The notes under the pieces are model-generated. The model was given only the letters and a program-made list of their open reading frames with translations, did no database searches and had not been told where the DNA came from. From Pseudodesulfovibrio mercurii (lineage in GTDB: Bacteria > Desulfobacterota > Desulfovibrionia > Desulfovibrionales > Desulfovibrionaceae): a DNA stretch of 32,000 bases. The position numbers were made by a program, and so were the translations under genes. Below, in pieces: positions 1 through 8,769 of the stretch (position 1 is the stretch's first letter; each line of letters opens with the position of its first letter). Location of the stretch: contig NC_016803.1 of assembly GCF_000189295.2 (NCBI RefSeq), positions 1,140,001 to 1,172,000 of the forward strand, read 5' to 3'.

Positions 1-1686
1 CCCGACCACCTCCTCGAACCTGTGCCCCCTGGAGCGCTCCTCGTCGAACCCGAACAGGGCCTTGGCCGCGTTGTTGGAGGTGATGATCGACAGGTCGGAG
101 TCCACGGTCAGGATGGCGTCCGGGATGGAGGCGAAGGTGGCCTCCAGGTTCAGGCGGTACTGCTCCTTCTCCTCGGTGGCCAGGGCCAGGGCGCTCTCGG
201 CGGCCTTGTGCTCGGTCTCGTCGCGGCCCACGGCCTGGATCTCCACCACCCGGTTGCGGTCGTCGAGCACGGCCCGGTGGGTCCAGGAGATCCAGCGCTC
301 CTCCCCGTCCGAGCGGACCTGGCGGACCTCCCGATCGAACACGGGCCGCGCGGGATCGAAATGTTCCAGCCATTCGCCCAGGGCCCGGCGGTCCATGGAG
401 CCCAGAAAGTCGAAGACCTCCCGGCCCAGAATCTCGTCCTCGTCCAGACCGGCGAACCGTTCGAAGGCGTTGTTCACGAAGGTCAGCCGGCCGTCCATGC
501 CGTAGCGGCAGATGAGCTCGGTCTGGTCCTCGACCACGGCCCGGTACAGCCGCGCGCCCTCGCGCAGGGCCTCCTCCACGATCTTGCGCCGGGAGATGTC
601 CTGGGCGTAGAGGATGCACACCTCCCGGCCCGCGTTGGTGAAATGACTGATGGACAGCTCCACCGGGAAGGAGGTGCCGTTGCGGCGCTTGAGATAGTCG
701 TAGGAGACCCGATCCCCGCCGTGGGTCATGGCCGACAGGACCTGCTCCGGGTGGGCCACCAGCCCCCGGATGGACACGCCGCGCATCCCGCCCGGCTCAT
801 AGCCCAGGGCGCGGGCGGCCGCGTCGTTGCACTCCATGACCGCACCGGCCTCGCGGTCCACCAGGATGATGGCGTCCGTGGCCCCGGCGAACACGCTGCG
901 GTACTGCTTCTCGCTCTCGGCCAGGCCGACCTCGCTGCGCCGCCGGGCCGTGATGTCGCGCAGGGAGACCACGAACCCGGACAGGATGTCGCCCCGGAAC
1001 ACGGGCCGCACCCGGGTCTCCAGGACCATGCCGCCCCGGTGCTCCTCGAGCCGGGCCGCCTCGCCGGTGGTCCGGGCCTTGGCGATGGCCCCCTCGTGCA
1101 GGTTCATCACGGACTCCGGGAAGAGCGACGGATAGGCCCGGCCGGCGCATTCGCCCACGTCCCGGCCGAGCAGGCTCTCCAGCGGGCCGCTGCACTCGAT
1201 GACCGAGGCGGTCTCGTCCAGCAGAAAGGTGACGCCCTCGTCGGCGTCGAGCAGGGAGCGCAGGAATGCCTGGGCGGTGGACAGCCGGGCCTCCTGCACC
1301 AGGGCCGTGGAGCGCAGCTCGTTCTCGGCCAGGCCGAGGCGGGCGAGCATCTCCAGCTGGGCGCGGACCACGGGCTTCTGCACGTAGGCCATGGCACCGC
1401 AGTCCCTGGCCAGGCGTCCGGGGTTGTCGATGGCCGCGGAGATGAGCAGGATGACCGGCGTGACCAGGCCGAGCCGGGCGGCCTCGTGCACCAGGGAGCC
1501 GCCGTCCTCGTCCTTGCCGTGGGCGGCCAGGACCAGGGCCGGTCCGCGCCGGGCCATGAGCGCGGCCGCGGAGGCCGGGCTGGAGGCGGTCTCCACCTCG
1601 TATCCCCGGGCTTCGAGGATGTCCTTGATCAGGGCGCGTATGGAAGCGTCGCCGTCGGCGACAAGGATGGTCGAGCTCACCGGCAT
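1..1686 (-). CDS. Sensory protein with an N-terminal CheY-like receiver domain followed by three PAS-like modules. Partial: the C-terminus lies beyond the left window edge.
   Basis: The minus-strand frame is open from ATG 1686 to position 1 with no stop, so it is absent from the ORF track. AGGAG lies just upstream; GTG 1680 is an alternative start. My translation is MPVSSTILVADGDASIRALIKDILEARGYEVE..., a receiver fold. PAS-like segments follow, e.g. ESEKQYRSVFAGATDAIILVD, EGARLYRAVVEDQTELICRY and EEKEQYRLNLEATFASIPDAILTVD. Confidence 0.7.
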   Translation of the reverse strand, partial: MPVSSTILVADGDASIRALIKDILEARGYEVETASSPASAAALMARRGPALVLAAHGKDEDGGSLVHEAARLGLVTPVILLISAAIDNPGRLARDCGAMAYVQKPVVRAQLEMLARLGLAENELRSTALVQEARLSTAQAFLRSLLDADEGVTFLLDETASVIECSGPLESLLGRDVGECAGRAYPSLFPESVMNLHEGAIAKARTTGEAARLEEHRGGMVLETRVRPVFRGDILSGFVVSLRDITARRRSEVGLAESEKQYRSVFAGATDAIILVDREAGAVMECNDAAARALGYEPGGMRGVSIRGLVAHPEQVLSAMTHGGDRVSYDYLKRRNGTSFPVELSISHFTNAGREVCILYAQDISRRKIVEEALREGARLYRAVVEDQTELICRYGMDGRLTFVNNAFERFAGLDEDEILGREVFDFLGSMDRRALGEWLEHFDPARPVFDREVRQVRSDGEERWISWTHRAVLDDRNRVVEIQAVGRDETEHKAAESALALATEEKEQYRLNLEATFASIPDAILTVDSDLSIITSNNAAKALFGFDEERSRGHRFEEVVG

Positions 1687-1829
1687 ATCTCCTGGAATGA
1701 CCCATACATCACTTGTCCCGCGAAAACCAGCCCCGTACCGATACACCTCCTTTTTGACTGTTCATTTCCCTTTTCAGGGTGTATAGCCCCACATATGGTG
1801 GAGCCTTATCCATAACTCAGGAGGATTGT

Positions 1830-2072
1830 ATGTCATCTTTTACCGAAGCCGATCTGCCCGTTGACGTCCATCATGGGGAAATGATTACTCTGGCGGACGG
1901 GACCACGGTCAGGTTCGAATCCAACGGAGAAGCCAAGGACATTATGGTCAACGACGGGTTCGCCCCGGCCTGCACCCTGTTCCCCGGCAACGATTTCGTC
2001 GTCGAAACCGGCGACGGCAATTACCAGATTACCTGTGAATTCGGCGATGTAATGCACATCAAGAAGATCTGA
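1830..2072 (+). CDS. Hypothetical small protein (80 aa)
   Basis: ATG 1830 is preceded by GGAGG (about 1819-1824). It lies in ORF 1779..2072. The product MSSFTEADLPVDVHHGEMITLADGTTVRFESNGEAK... has no family I recognise. A GC-rich hairpin follows the stop. Confidence 0.5.
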   Translation: MSSFTEADLPVDVHHGEMITLADGTTVRFESNGEAKDIMVNDGFAPACTLFPGNDFVVETGDGNYQITCEFGDVMHIKKI

Positions 2073-2240
2073 TTTCCCGGCCGCGCCCGCCCCGGCGGAC
2101 GCGGCCAACCCCCTCCCCTCCTTCCCCGACCCATTATTTTCCATGCGGAACAATTCTAACGCCGATGACACGGTGTGGGTTGTCTGCTATGCCTTCGGTA
2201 CGTCCGCACAGTCGCACGCCGCGCAACCAGGAGGGGAGCC

Positions 2241-2627
2241 ATGGCCAAGATACTGATCGCCGAGGACGACCGCATTTCCCAGAAACTCGCCGTCAAGATC
2301 GTCGAGGAACTCGGGCACACGGCCTTTGTCAGCCCGCACGGCAGGCACGCCTATGAATCCCTCATGGCCAACAACGACTTCGAGCTGCTCCTGACCGACA
2401 TCATGATGCCCGAGATGGACGGCCAGCAACTGATCAAGACACTGCGCGGCGACCAGCAGTTCGACGACCTGCCGATCATCATCATGTCCGCCGTGGTCGG
2501 CATCAACGACATCTCCAACCTGCTCAAGCTCGGGGCCACCCTGTTCCTGGCCAAGCCCCTGGAGCGCGAGGAGCTTCAGGACTACATCACCCGCTGCCTG
2601 GGGCCAGGCAAGACCTGCCGCAACTGA
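2241..2627 (+). CDS. Single-domain CheY-like response regulator
   Basis: ATG 2241 follows AGGAGGGGAG. The product MAKILIAEDDRISQ...LLLTDIMMPEMDG...IIIMSA...LAKP has the receiver signature residues (DD, D, S/T, K). Confidence 0.85.
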   Translation: MAKILIAEDDRISQKLAVKIVEELGHTAFVSPHGRHAYESLMANNDFELLLTDIMMPEMDGQQLIKTLRGDQQFDDLPIIIMSAVVGINDISNLLKLGATLFLAKPLEREELQDYITRCLGPGKTCRN

Positions 2628-2745
2628 CCGGCCCGCGCGGAAAACCGGGCGCGCCGCTTCCCTTCCCCGGCGAAAATCGCTACACCCGTATGGACGCGGC
2701 GCGGCAACGTTGCGCCCAACCTCCAACACAACCCACGGGAGCGAA

Positions 2746-3291
2746 ATGAAAAGCCTGCTGCAATCCCTCTTTGTCTGCGCCCTGCTCGTCCTGACGGTCT
2801 GCCCGGCCGCCCTGGCCCAGGACCTGGAAAACACCCTGTACCTGGATCTGGCCTCCGGCCGGGTGGTCATCGAGATGCGACCGGACCTGGCCCCCAGACA
2901 CGTGGCCCGAATCAAGGAGCTGGCGCGCATGAAATTCTATGACGGCATCGTCTTCCACCGGGTCATCGACGGGTTCATGGCCCAGACCGGCGACCCCACC
3001 GGCACCGGCCGGGGCGGTTCCGGCATGACCCTGCCCGCCGAATTCAGCAACGCCCCGTTCCAGCGCGGCACCGTGGGCATGGCCCGCGCCTCGGACCCGG
3101 ACAGCGCGGACAGCCAGTTCTTCATATGCTTCGCGCCCGCCCCGTTCCTCGACGGCCAGTACACCGTCTGGGGCCAGGTCGTCTCGGGCATGGAGTTCGT
3201 GGACCAGATCAAGAAGGGGACCGGCCAGAACGGCATGGTCAGCAACCCCGACAAGATCATCAGCCTGCGCGTGGCCGCCGACGCGCAGTAG
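2746..3291 (+). CDS. Periplasmic cyclophilin-type peptidyl-prolyl cis-trans isomerase
   Basis: ATG 2746 follows GGGAG. The product has the signal peptide MKSLLQSLFVCALLVLTVCPAALAQ. Cyclophilin motifs are present: FHRVIDGFMAQTGDPTGTGRGGS and SQFFICF. Confidence 0.9.
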   Translation: MKSLLQSLFVCALLVLTVCPAALAQDLENTLYLDLASGRVVIEMRPDLAPRHVARIKELARMKFYDGIVFHRVIDGFMAQTGDPTGTGRGGSGMTLPAEFSNAPFQRGTVGMARASDPDSADSQFFICFAPAPFLDGQYTVWGQVVSGMEFVDQIKKGTGQNGMVSNPDKIISLRVAADAQ

Positions 3292-3306
3292 CCTCCACGG
3301 CGTAAC

Positions 3307-3344
3307 AAAAAGTCCCCGGCTCCCAACGGAACCGGGGACTTTTT
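3307..3344. terminator. Bidirectional rho-independent terminator between convergent genes
   Basis: AAAAAGTCCCCGG (3307-3319) pairs with CCGGGGACTTTTT (3332-3344) around a 12-nt loop. An A-run and a T-run flank the stem, so it can serve both strands. Confidence 0.7.
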
Positions 3345-3386
3345 CGTCCTTCTGCGCATGGAGCGGACCGGACGCCCCTCCGGACG

Positions 3387-5279
3387 CTACTGGTCGGTGT
3401 ACAGGAACCGCTTGATCTTCTGGGTGGGCGTCTTCTCGAAGGGTTCGACCTGTTCGACCACGCGGTTCAGCCGGGCGAAGGTGGAGACCTTGGCGTTGAC
3501 CTCCTTGTGGAGGTCGTCGAGGATCTTGCGGACCTTGTCGCGCACCTCGGACTCGATCATTTTGCGCACGTCGAACTGCTCGTCCAGGACGTCGTAGTTC
3601 AGGTGCACGCGGGCCACCAGCCGACCGGCGGATTCGTAGACCAGGGATTCCAGGACGTAGTCGCTGGCGTTGATGACCGACTCCACCTCTTCGGGGTAGA
3701 TGTTCTCCCCGCTGGGCCCGATGATGACGTTCTTGAGCCGCCCCTTGAGCCACAGGTAGCCGTCCTCGAACTTGCCCAGGTCGCCCGTACGCAGCCAGCC
3801 ATCCTCGGTAAAGGTCGCCTCGGTGTCCTTGGGGGCCTTGTAGTACTCGCGCATGACGTTGGGCCCCTTGGCCAGGATCTCGCCCTCGCCCGTGGCCGGG
3901 TCCGGGTCGTCGATCTTCAGCTCCACGCCGGGAATGGCCGGGCCGATGACCCGGAAGCGCTGCTCCTGCATGTTGATCCCGGCCAGGAGCGGCGCGGTCT
4001 CGGTCATGCCGTACCCCTTGGCGTAGGGCACCTTGGCGTCGATCAGGAAGAGCTCCACCTCCGGGGCCAGGGGCGCGCCGCCGATGCACAGGCAGCGCAG
4101 TTCGCCGCCGAAGGCCTCGATGAGCTTTTTACCCGCCACCTGGGAAAGCTTGCGCCGGGTCAGGCCGATCTTCATCAGCCCCCGCGCCACGCCCGAGCCG
4201 GTCAGCTTCTTCTTGATCCGGCTGCGGTAGATCTTCTCGATGATCAGGGGGACCACGTTCATGATCGTGGGCTTGACCTGCTGCATGGCGGGCAGCAGGG
4301 TCTTGGGGGTCGGGGGCTTTTGCAGGTAGTAGACCGCGCTGCCGGACAGGATGGGGATGAGCAGGCCCACGGTGCACTCGTAGGTGTGGGCCATGGGCAG
4401 CACGGACAGGAAGCGGTCGGTGGCCAGGACCTCGATGGTCCCGACCCCGGAAATACAGTTCTGGACCAGGTTGCGGTGGGTCAGGACCACGCCCTTGGAG
4501 TGGCCGGTGGTGCCCGAGGTGTAGAGGATGGCGGCCACGTGATCGGCGGTCAGCTCGAAGGGCGCGCCGGTCTTCCGGTCGATGAACCGGCGGGCCGAGG
4601 CGCTGAACCACTCCACGGGCCTGCGGGCCGTGTCCGAAAAGCGCTCCACGGTCTCCTTGTAGGAATCGGAGAACTTCTCCATCTTTTCCCGGGCGGTGTC
4701 GCTGAACCGGTTCATGCGCTCACGGGCCGTCTCGGGCAGCTTGTCGCGGGCCGCCTCGCCCAGGTGTTCCACCCGGTCCAGGGCGGCCTCGGCGAACTGC
4801 TCGATGCGCCCTCCCGCATTGTCCAGGGCCTCGCGGAAGGTGGTCCGGGTCCCCTCCCCGTCCTCCATGGAGAAGTCGTCCATGACCATGACGATCTCGA
4901 CAAAGGACTCGTCCTCGCCCTCGACCTTGTCCATGTAGCGGCGGGAGGCGATGACCATGCGCGCCTCGGAGTGGCGCAGGATGTGCTGCACCGCGCTGGG
5001 GTGGAACTCCTGGAGGATGGGCACCACGACGGCCCCCATGGTGGTCACGGCGAAATAGCTGACGGCCCAGTTGGGCATGTTCTCGCCGATGAGGGCGACC
5101 TTGTCCTCGGGCTTGATGCCCAGCCCGCGCAGCACGGTCTGCAATTCACGCACGTTCCGGCCGAACCGGGCATAGGTCATGGGCTCGCCGCCCACGAAGG
5201 CCAGGGCGATGCGGTCCGGGAACCGTTCCACGGAACGATCCAGCAAATCCTTCAAGGTCATGTCGGCAGTATCGCTCAC
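3387..5279 (-). CDS. AMP-dependent acyl-CoA synthetase (long-chain-fatty-acid--CoA ligase family) with an internal 11-mer repeat insertion
   Basis: It lies in ORF 3387..5333. GTG 5279 follows GGAGG with a 4-nt spacer; ATG 5261 is an alternative start. The P-loop YTSGTTGHSKGV, GYGMTET and the LRTGDLG motif are present. Confidence 0.85.
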   Translation of the reverse strand: MSDTADMTLKDLLDRSVERFPDRIALAFVGGEPMTYARFGRNVRELQTVLRGLGIKPEDKVALIGENMPNWAVSYFAVTTMGAVVVPILQEFHPSAVQHILRHSEARMVIASRRYMDKVEGEDESFVEIVMVMDDFSMEDGEGTRTTFREALDNAGGRIEQFAEAALDRVEHLGEAARDKLPETARERMNRFSDTAREKMEKFSDSYKETVERFSDTARRPVEWFSASARRFIDRKTGAPFELTADHVAAILYTSGTTGHSKGVVLTHRNLVQNCISGVGTIEVLATDRFLSVLPMAHTYECTVGLLIPILSGSAVYYLQKPPTPKTLLPAMQQVKPTIMNVVPLIIEKIYRSRIKKKLTGSGVARGLMKIGLTRRKLSQVAGKKLIEAFGGELRCLCIGGAPLAPEVELFLIDAKVPYAKGYGMTETAPLLAGINMQEQRFRVIGPAIPGVELKIDDPDPATGEGEILAKGPNVMREYYKAPKDTEATFTEDGWLRTGDLGKFEDGYLWLKGRLKNVIIGPSGENIYPEEVESVINASDYVLESLVYESAGRLVARVHLNYDVLDEQFDVRKMIESEVRDKVRKILDDLHKEVNAKVSTFARLNRVVEQVEPFEKTPTQKIKRFLYTDQ

Positions 5280-5404
5280 GCACCCTCCCCGATGATCATG
5301 AGACAAAAGCGGGCCCCAGCGGCGCGCCAACATGCCATATCACGTTACGGGCCCGCGTCAAGCACGGGATGGGGATGCGGGACCGAAGGCCGGGCCGGAC
5401 CGGA

Positions 5405-6094
5405 TCAGTCCAGGGCCGCCCGGACCACGGTCTCGGCGTGGATGCGGCAGGTGTCCAGGGTGGGCACGTCGGTGTCGCCGGGCCGGACCAGCAGGCCGAT
5501 CTCGGTGCAGCCGAGGATGACCGCCTCGGCCCCGCGCGCGGCCAGTTCCTCGATAATGCGCAGGAACTCGGCGCGTGAGCCGTCCAGGAACTCGCCCCGG
5601 CACAGCTCGTCGAAGATGACCCGGTCCACGAGTTTGCGGTCCCCGGCCTCGGGCACCAGGACCTCGAAGCCGTGGTCCTGGAGACGCCCCACGTAAAAAT
5701 CGTCCTCCATGGTGAAGATGGTCCCGAGCAGGGCGACCCTGGCATAGCCGCCCGCGCGGGCGGCCTCGGCCGTGGCGTCGGCGATGTGCACCAGGGGCAC
5801 GGAGACCGCCTCGGCCACCCGGTCGGCCACCTTGTGCATGGTGTTGGTGCCGATGACCATGAGTTCGGCCCCGGCCGACTCCAGGGTGCGGGCCGCGTCG
5901 GCCAGCCGATTGCCCACCCCCGCCCAGTCGCCCGCGCACATCAGTTCGCGCAGGGGGGCGAAGTCCACGGAGTTCATGAGGATGCGGGCCGAATGCAGGC
6001 CGCCCAGCTCCGCCTTCACCGCCTGGTTCATGACCCGGTAGTATTCCAGGGAGGATTCCCAGCTCATGCCGCCGATGAGTCCGATGGTCTTCAT
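5405..6094 (-). CDS. Aspartate/glutamate racemase family protein
   Basis: The 229-aa product starts MKTIGLIGGMSWESS and contains LGCTEIGLL, the two conserved catalytic-site regions of the Asp/Glu racemase family. AGGAG lies 6 nt upstream and overlaps the azlD stop. Confidence 0.85.
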   Translation of the reverse strand: MKTIGLIGGMSWESSLEYYRVMNQAVKAELGGLHSARILMNSVDFAPLRELMCAGDWAGVGNRLADAARTLESAGAELMVIGTNTMHKVADRVAEAVSVPLVHIADATAEAARAGGYARVALLGTIFTMEDDFYVGRLQDHGFEVLVPEAGDRKLVDRVIFDELCRGEFLDGSRAEFLRIIEELAARGAEAVILGCTEIGLLVRPGDTDVPTLDTCRIHAETVVRAALD

Positions 6095-6103
6095 GATGCG
6101 CTC

Positions 6104-6430
6104 CTATGCGAGGAAGTAGCGGCCCGCCGCCACCAGAATCATGCCCAGGGCCACGGTGCCGAAAAAGGACCTGGTCCGCCAGGCCAGCAGGAAGGCCGGG
6201 ACCGCGGCCCACAGGAAGTAGTTGTCGAGGGACACGTCCACCCTGCCGTCCCGGAGCAGCAGGGCCGGGAAGAGCATGGACGACAGGACCGCCGCCGGGA
6301 CGTAGGACAGCCAGCGGACCACGGATTCGGGCAGGGTCCGGGAGGCCAGGGCCACCAGCGGGACCATGCGCGGGATGTAGGTCACGGCGAGCATGCCGAC
6401 GATGGTCAGGAAGACTATTTTCTGGTCCAT
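6104..6430 (-). CDS. azlD: AzlD-family branched-chain amino acid transport protein (108 aa)
   Basis: The internal ATG of ORF 6104..6808 gives MDQKIVFLTIVGMLAVTYIPRMVPL..., a small hydrophobic AzlD-like protein. It overlaps the azlC end by 16 nt. Confidence 0.8.
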   Translation of the reverse strand: MDQKIVFLTIVGMLAVTYIPRMVPLVALASRTLPESVVRWLSYVPAAVLSSMLFPALLLRDGRVDVSLDNYFLWAAVPAFLLAWRTRSFFGTVALGMILVAAGRYFLA

Positions 6431-7158
6431 GATTCCACTCCCGCGCCGAAGGTTGCGCCGATGACCGTGGCCAGGATGACCGACCACTGGGCCGCGCCCG
6501 CCTGGTTCAGGACCAGGGCGAGCAGCCCGCTGAACCCGGCCACCAGGACGTGCAGGCCGTTCTTCATCTGCATGACCAGGAGGGCGATGAACATGGCGGG
6601 CAGGGCGTAGTCGATGCCCAGCGGCTCCACGCTCGGGATGGACGCCCCGGCGAAATAGCCCGCGAACGAGGCCAGCACCCAGGAGACCTGGGCCAGGCCG
6701 TTGATGCCAAAGCAGGTGGTCTTGTTCAGGTCGCCGCGCGCGAAGCGCACCGAGTGCACGGCGAAGGACTCGTCCGTGACCTCGTAGGCGAACAGGGCCA
6801 GCTCCCACTTGTTCCAGGACTTGAGGTTCGGGGCGAGCGAGGCGCTCATGAGCAGGTGGCGCAGGTTGACCACGAAGGTGGTGGCGATGATGGACACCGG
6901 GTTGAGGCCCGCCGCGAACATGGCCACGGCGATGAGCTGGGCGGACCCGGCGTAGACCAGGACCGACATGAGCACGGTGTTGAGCAGGGACAGTCCGGCT
7001 TGCTGGGCCAGGACGCCGTAGGCCGCGCCCACGGGCAGGTAGCCCATGACGATGGGCGCCACCTGGCGGGCGGCGGACAGCATGGGCGAGCCGGGCTGCT
7101 CCCCGGCAAGGGCTTGGGTGGTCATGACAAGCGTCTCTCTGAGCGTTTTTCGGGCCAT
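6415..7158 (-). CDS. azlC: AzlC-family branched-chain amino acid permease subunit
   Basis: The 247-aa polytopic protein contains PIVMGYLPVGAAYGVLA and YAGSAQL, typical of AzlC. The start is uncertain (ATG 7158 or ATG 7125); both have weak SD sequences. Confidence 0.8.
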   Translation of the reverse strand: MARKTLRETLVMTTQALAGEQPGSPMLSAARQVAPIVMGYLPVGAAYGVLAQQAGLSLLNTVLMSVLVYAGSAQLIAVAMFAAGLNPVSIIATTFVVNLRHLLMSASLAPNLKSWNKWELALFAYEVTDESFAVHSVRFARGDLNKTTCFGINGLAQVSWVLASFAGYFAGASIPSVEPLGIDYALPAMFIALLVMQMKNGLHVLVAGFSGLLALVLNQAGAAQWSVILATVIGATFGAGVESWTRK

Positions 7159-7264
7159 GGCCCGGTTAATCTGCTGTATCCACGCCTTGCAGTAAAGCCG
7201 AAAATCTGTAATCGGTACAGATACAGTTCAAACAAAAATCATACGAAACAGATTCCGGGGAACC

Positions 7265-8689
7265 ATGGACACCTACCGCTACCGCACCGTGGAAAAGAAC
7301 GTCATGACCATGATCGACGCGGGCGCGCTGGCGCTGGGCGACAAGCTGCCCTCCCTGCGCTCCCTGAGCGTCAAGCTCGGCGTGTCCGTGTCCACGGTCA
7401 ACCAGGCGTACCTCGAACTGGAACGCAAGGGGGTCATCGAGTCCCGGCCCCGGTCCGGGTTCTTCGTGCGCCGGGAGTCCCGGCGGCTGCCGCGCACCGA
7501 GACCGCGCCCACGCCCATGAGGCAACCGAGGCCGGTGACGCGCATCGGGCTCATCCAGACCGTGCTCGAATCCGTGGGCGCGGCGGACCGCGTGGCGCTG
7601 GACGTCATCGCGCCCGGCCCCCAGCGCATGCCGCTACGCGAGCTGGGGCGGATCACGGCGGCCATGGTCCGGGCCGAGCCCGAGCGGGCCATGGGCTACG
7701 CGCCCATCCCCGGCGACCCCAAGCTCATCCGGCAGATCGCCTACCGCTCCATGGAGTTCGGCATCCCGGCCGAGCCCGACGACCCGCTGATCACCGCCGG
7801 GTGCATGGAGGCCCTGTACCTCTCCCTGCGCTCCATCTGCCGCCGGGGCGACACCGTGCTCATCCAGTCGCCCACCTACTACTGCTTCCTCCAGCTGCTC
7901 GAAACCCTGGGGCTGCGGACCATCGAGGTGCCGTCCGACCCGGAGCGCGGGGTCGCGCCCGAGGAGCTGGCCCGCGCGCTCAAGACCTTCGACATCGCGG
8001 CCTGCGTGCTGGCGCCCAACTTCAACAACCCGGACTCAAGCCTGACCCCGGACGAGGCCAAGGCGGAGATCGTGGCCATGCTGGCCGAGCGCGACATCCC
8101 CCTGGTGGAGGACGACGTGTACACGGACCTGCACTTCGGCCCGAAGCGGCCCGGCACCTACAAGCAGTTCGACCGGAAGGGGCTGGTCCTGCTCTGCTCC
8201 TCCTTTTCCAAGACCATAGCGCCCGGCTACCGGGTGGGCTGGATGCTGCCCGGCCGGTACCGGCAGAAGGCGCTCGAGATCAAGGCCACCACCAACGTGT
8301 CCAGCTCGGCCCCGGCCCAGATGGCCATCGCCGAATACCTGCGCCAGGGGCGGCTGGAACGGCACCTGAAGCGGCTGCGCACGGACCTGGAGCGGCAGAT
8401 GGACACCATGCAGCTCCACCTGGGCCGCCATTTCCCGGCCGGGACCCGCGTGACGCACCCGGTGGGCGGCGCGGTCCTGTGGTTGGAGCTGCCCCGGTCC
8501 GTGGACGGGGCGGAGCTGTTCTTCCAGGCCCGGGCCGAGGGCGTGGGCATCGCACCGGGGGCCATATTCTCCACCCAGGACAAGTTCGCCAACTACATCC
8601 GGCTGAGCTGCGGCTGCCCGTGGACCGACGAACTGGAACAGGGCGTGCGCACCCTGGGCCGCCTGGCCGGGTCCATGTGCGCGTCCTGA
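7265..8689 (+). CDS. MocR/GabR-type regulator: GntR winged-helix DNA-binding domain fused to a class I aminotransferase-like (PLP) domain
   Basis: The 474-aa protein has an N-terminal LPSLRSLSVKLGVSVSTVNQAYLELERKGVIESRPRSGFFV. Its C-terminal aminotransferase fold carries the SFSKTIAPGYRVGW lysine motif. It is divergent from azlCD. Confidence 0.85.
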   Translation: MDTYRYRTVEKNVMTMIDAGALALGDKLPSLRSLSVKLGVSVSTVNQAYLELERKGVIESRPRSGFFVRRESRRLPRTETAPTPMRQPRPVTRIGLIQTVLESVGAADRVALDVIAPGPQRMPLRELGRITAAMVRAEPERAMGYAPIPGDPKLIRQIAYRSMEFGIPAEPDDPLITAGCMEALYLSLRSICRRGDTVLIQSPTYYCFLQLLETLGLRTIEVPSDPERGVAPEELARALKTFDIAACVLAPNFNNPDSSLTPDEAKAEIVAMLAERDIPLVEDDVYTDLHFGPKRPGTYKQFDRKGLVLLCSSFSKTIAPGYRVGWMLPGRYRQKALEIKATTNVSSSAPAQMAIAEYLRQGRLERHLKRLRTDLERQMDTMQLHLGRHFPAGTRVTHPVGGAVLWLELPRSVDGAELFFQARAEGVGIAPGAIFSTQDKFANYIRLSCGCPWTDELEQGVRTLGRLAGSMCAS

Positions 8690-8769
8690 TCGGGGCCATC
8701 ACGTTTTCCGACTTTACCGCCAGGGCCTCCCCGAGTATCTTCGCGCTTCCGAAACCCCGAGAGGAGACC

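Noticed and set aside
22-1815. A 597-aa plus-strand ORF and several other overlapping ORFs (62..505, 797..1705, 1107..1397, 1391..1786).
   Set aside because: The compositions are Gly/Arg/Pro/Ala-rich and low in complexity, with no recognisable domains. The opposite strand in the third frame encodes a coherent receiver plus PAS protein. These are typical antisense or off-frame shadow ORFs of high-GC DNA.
1779-1829. The upstream start (1779) for the small ORF 1779..2072.
   Set aside because: ATG 1830 has a proper GGAGG at good spacing. The 17 extra codons overlap the promoter and RBS region and have no SD.
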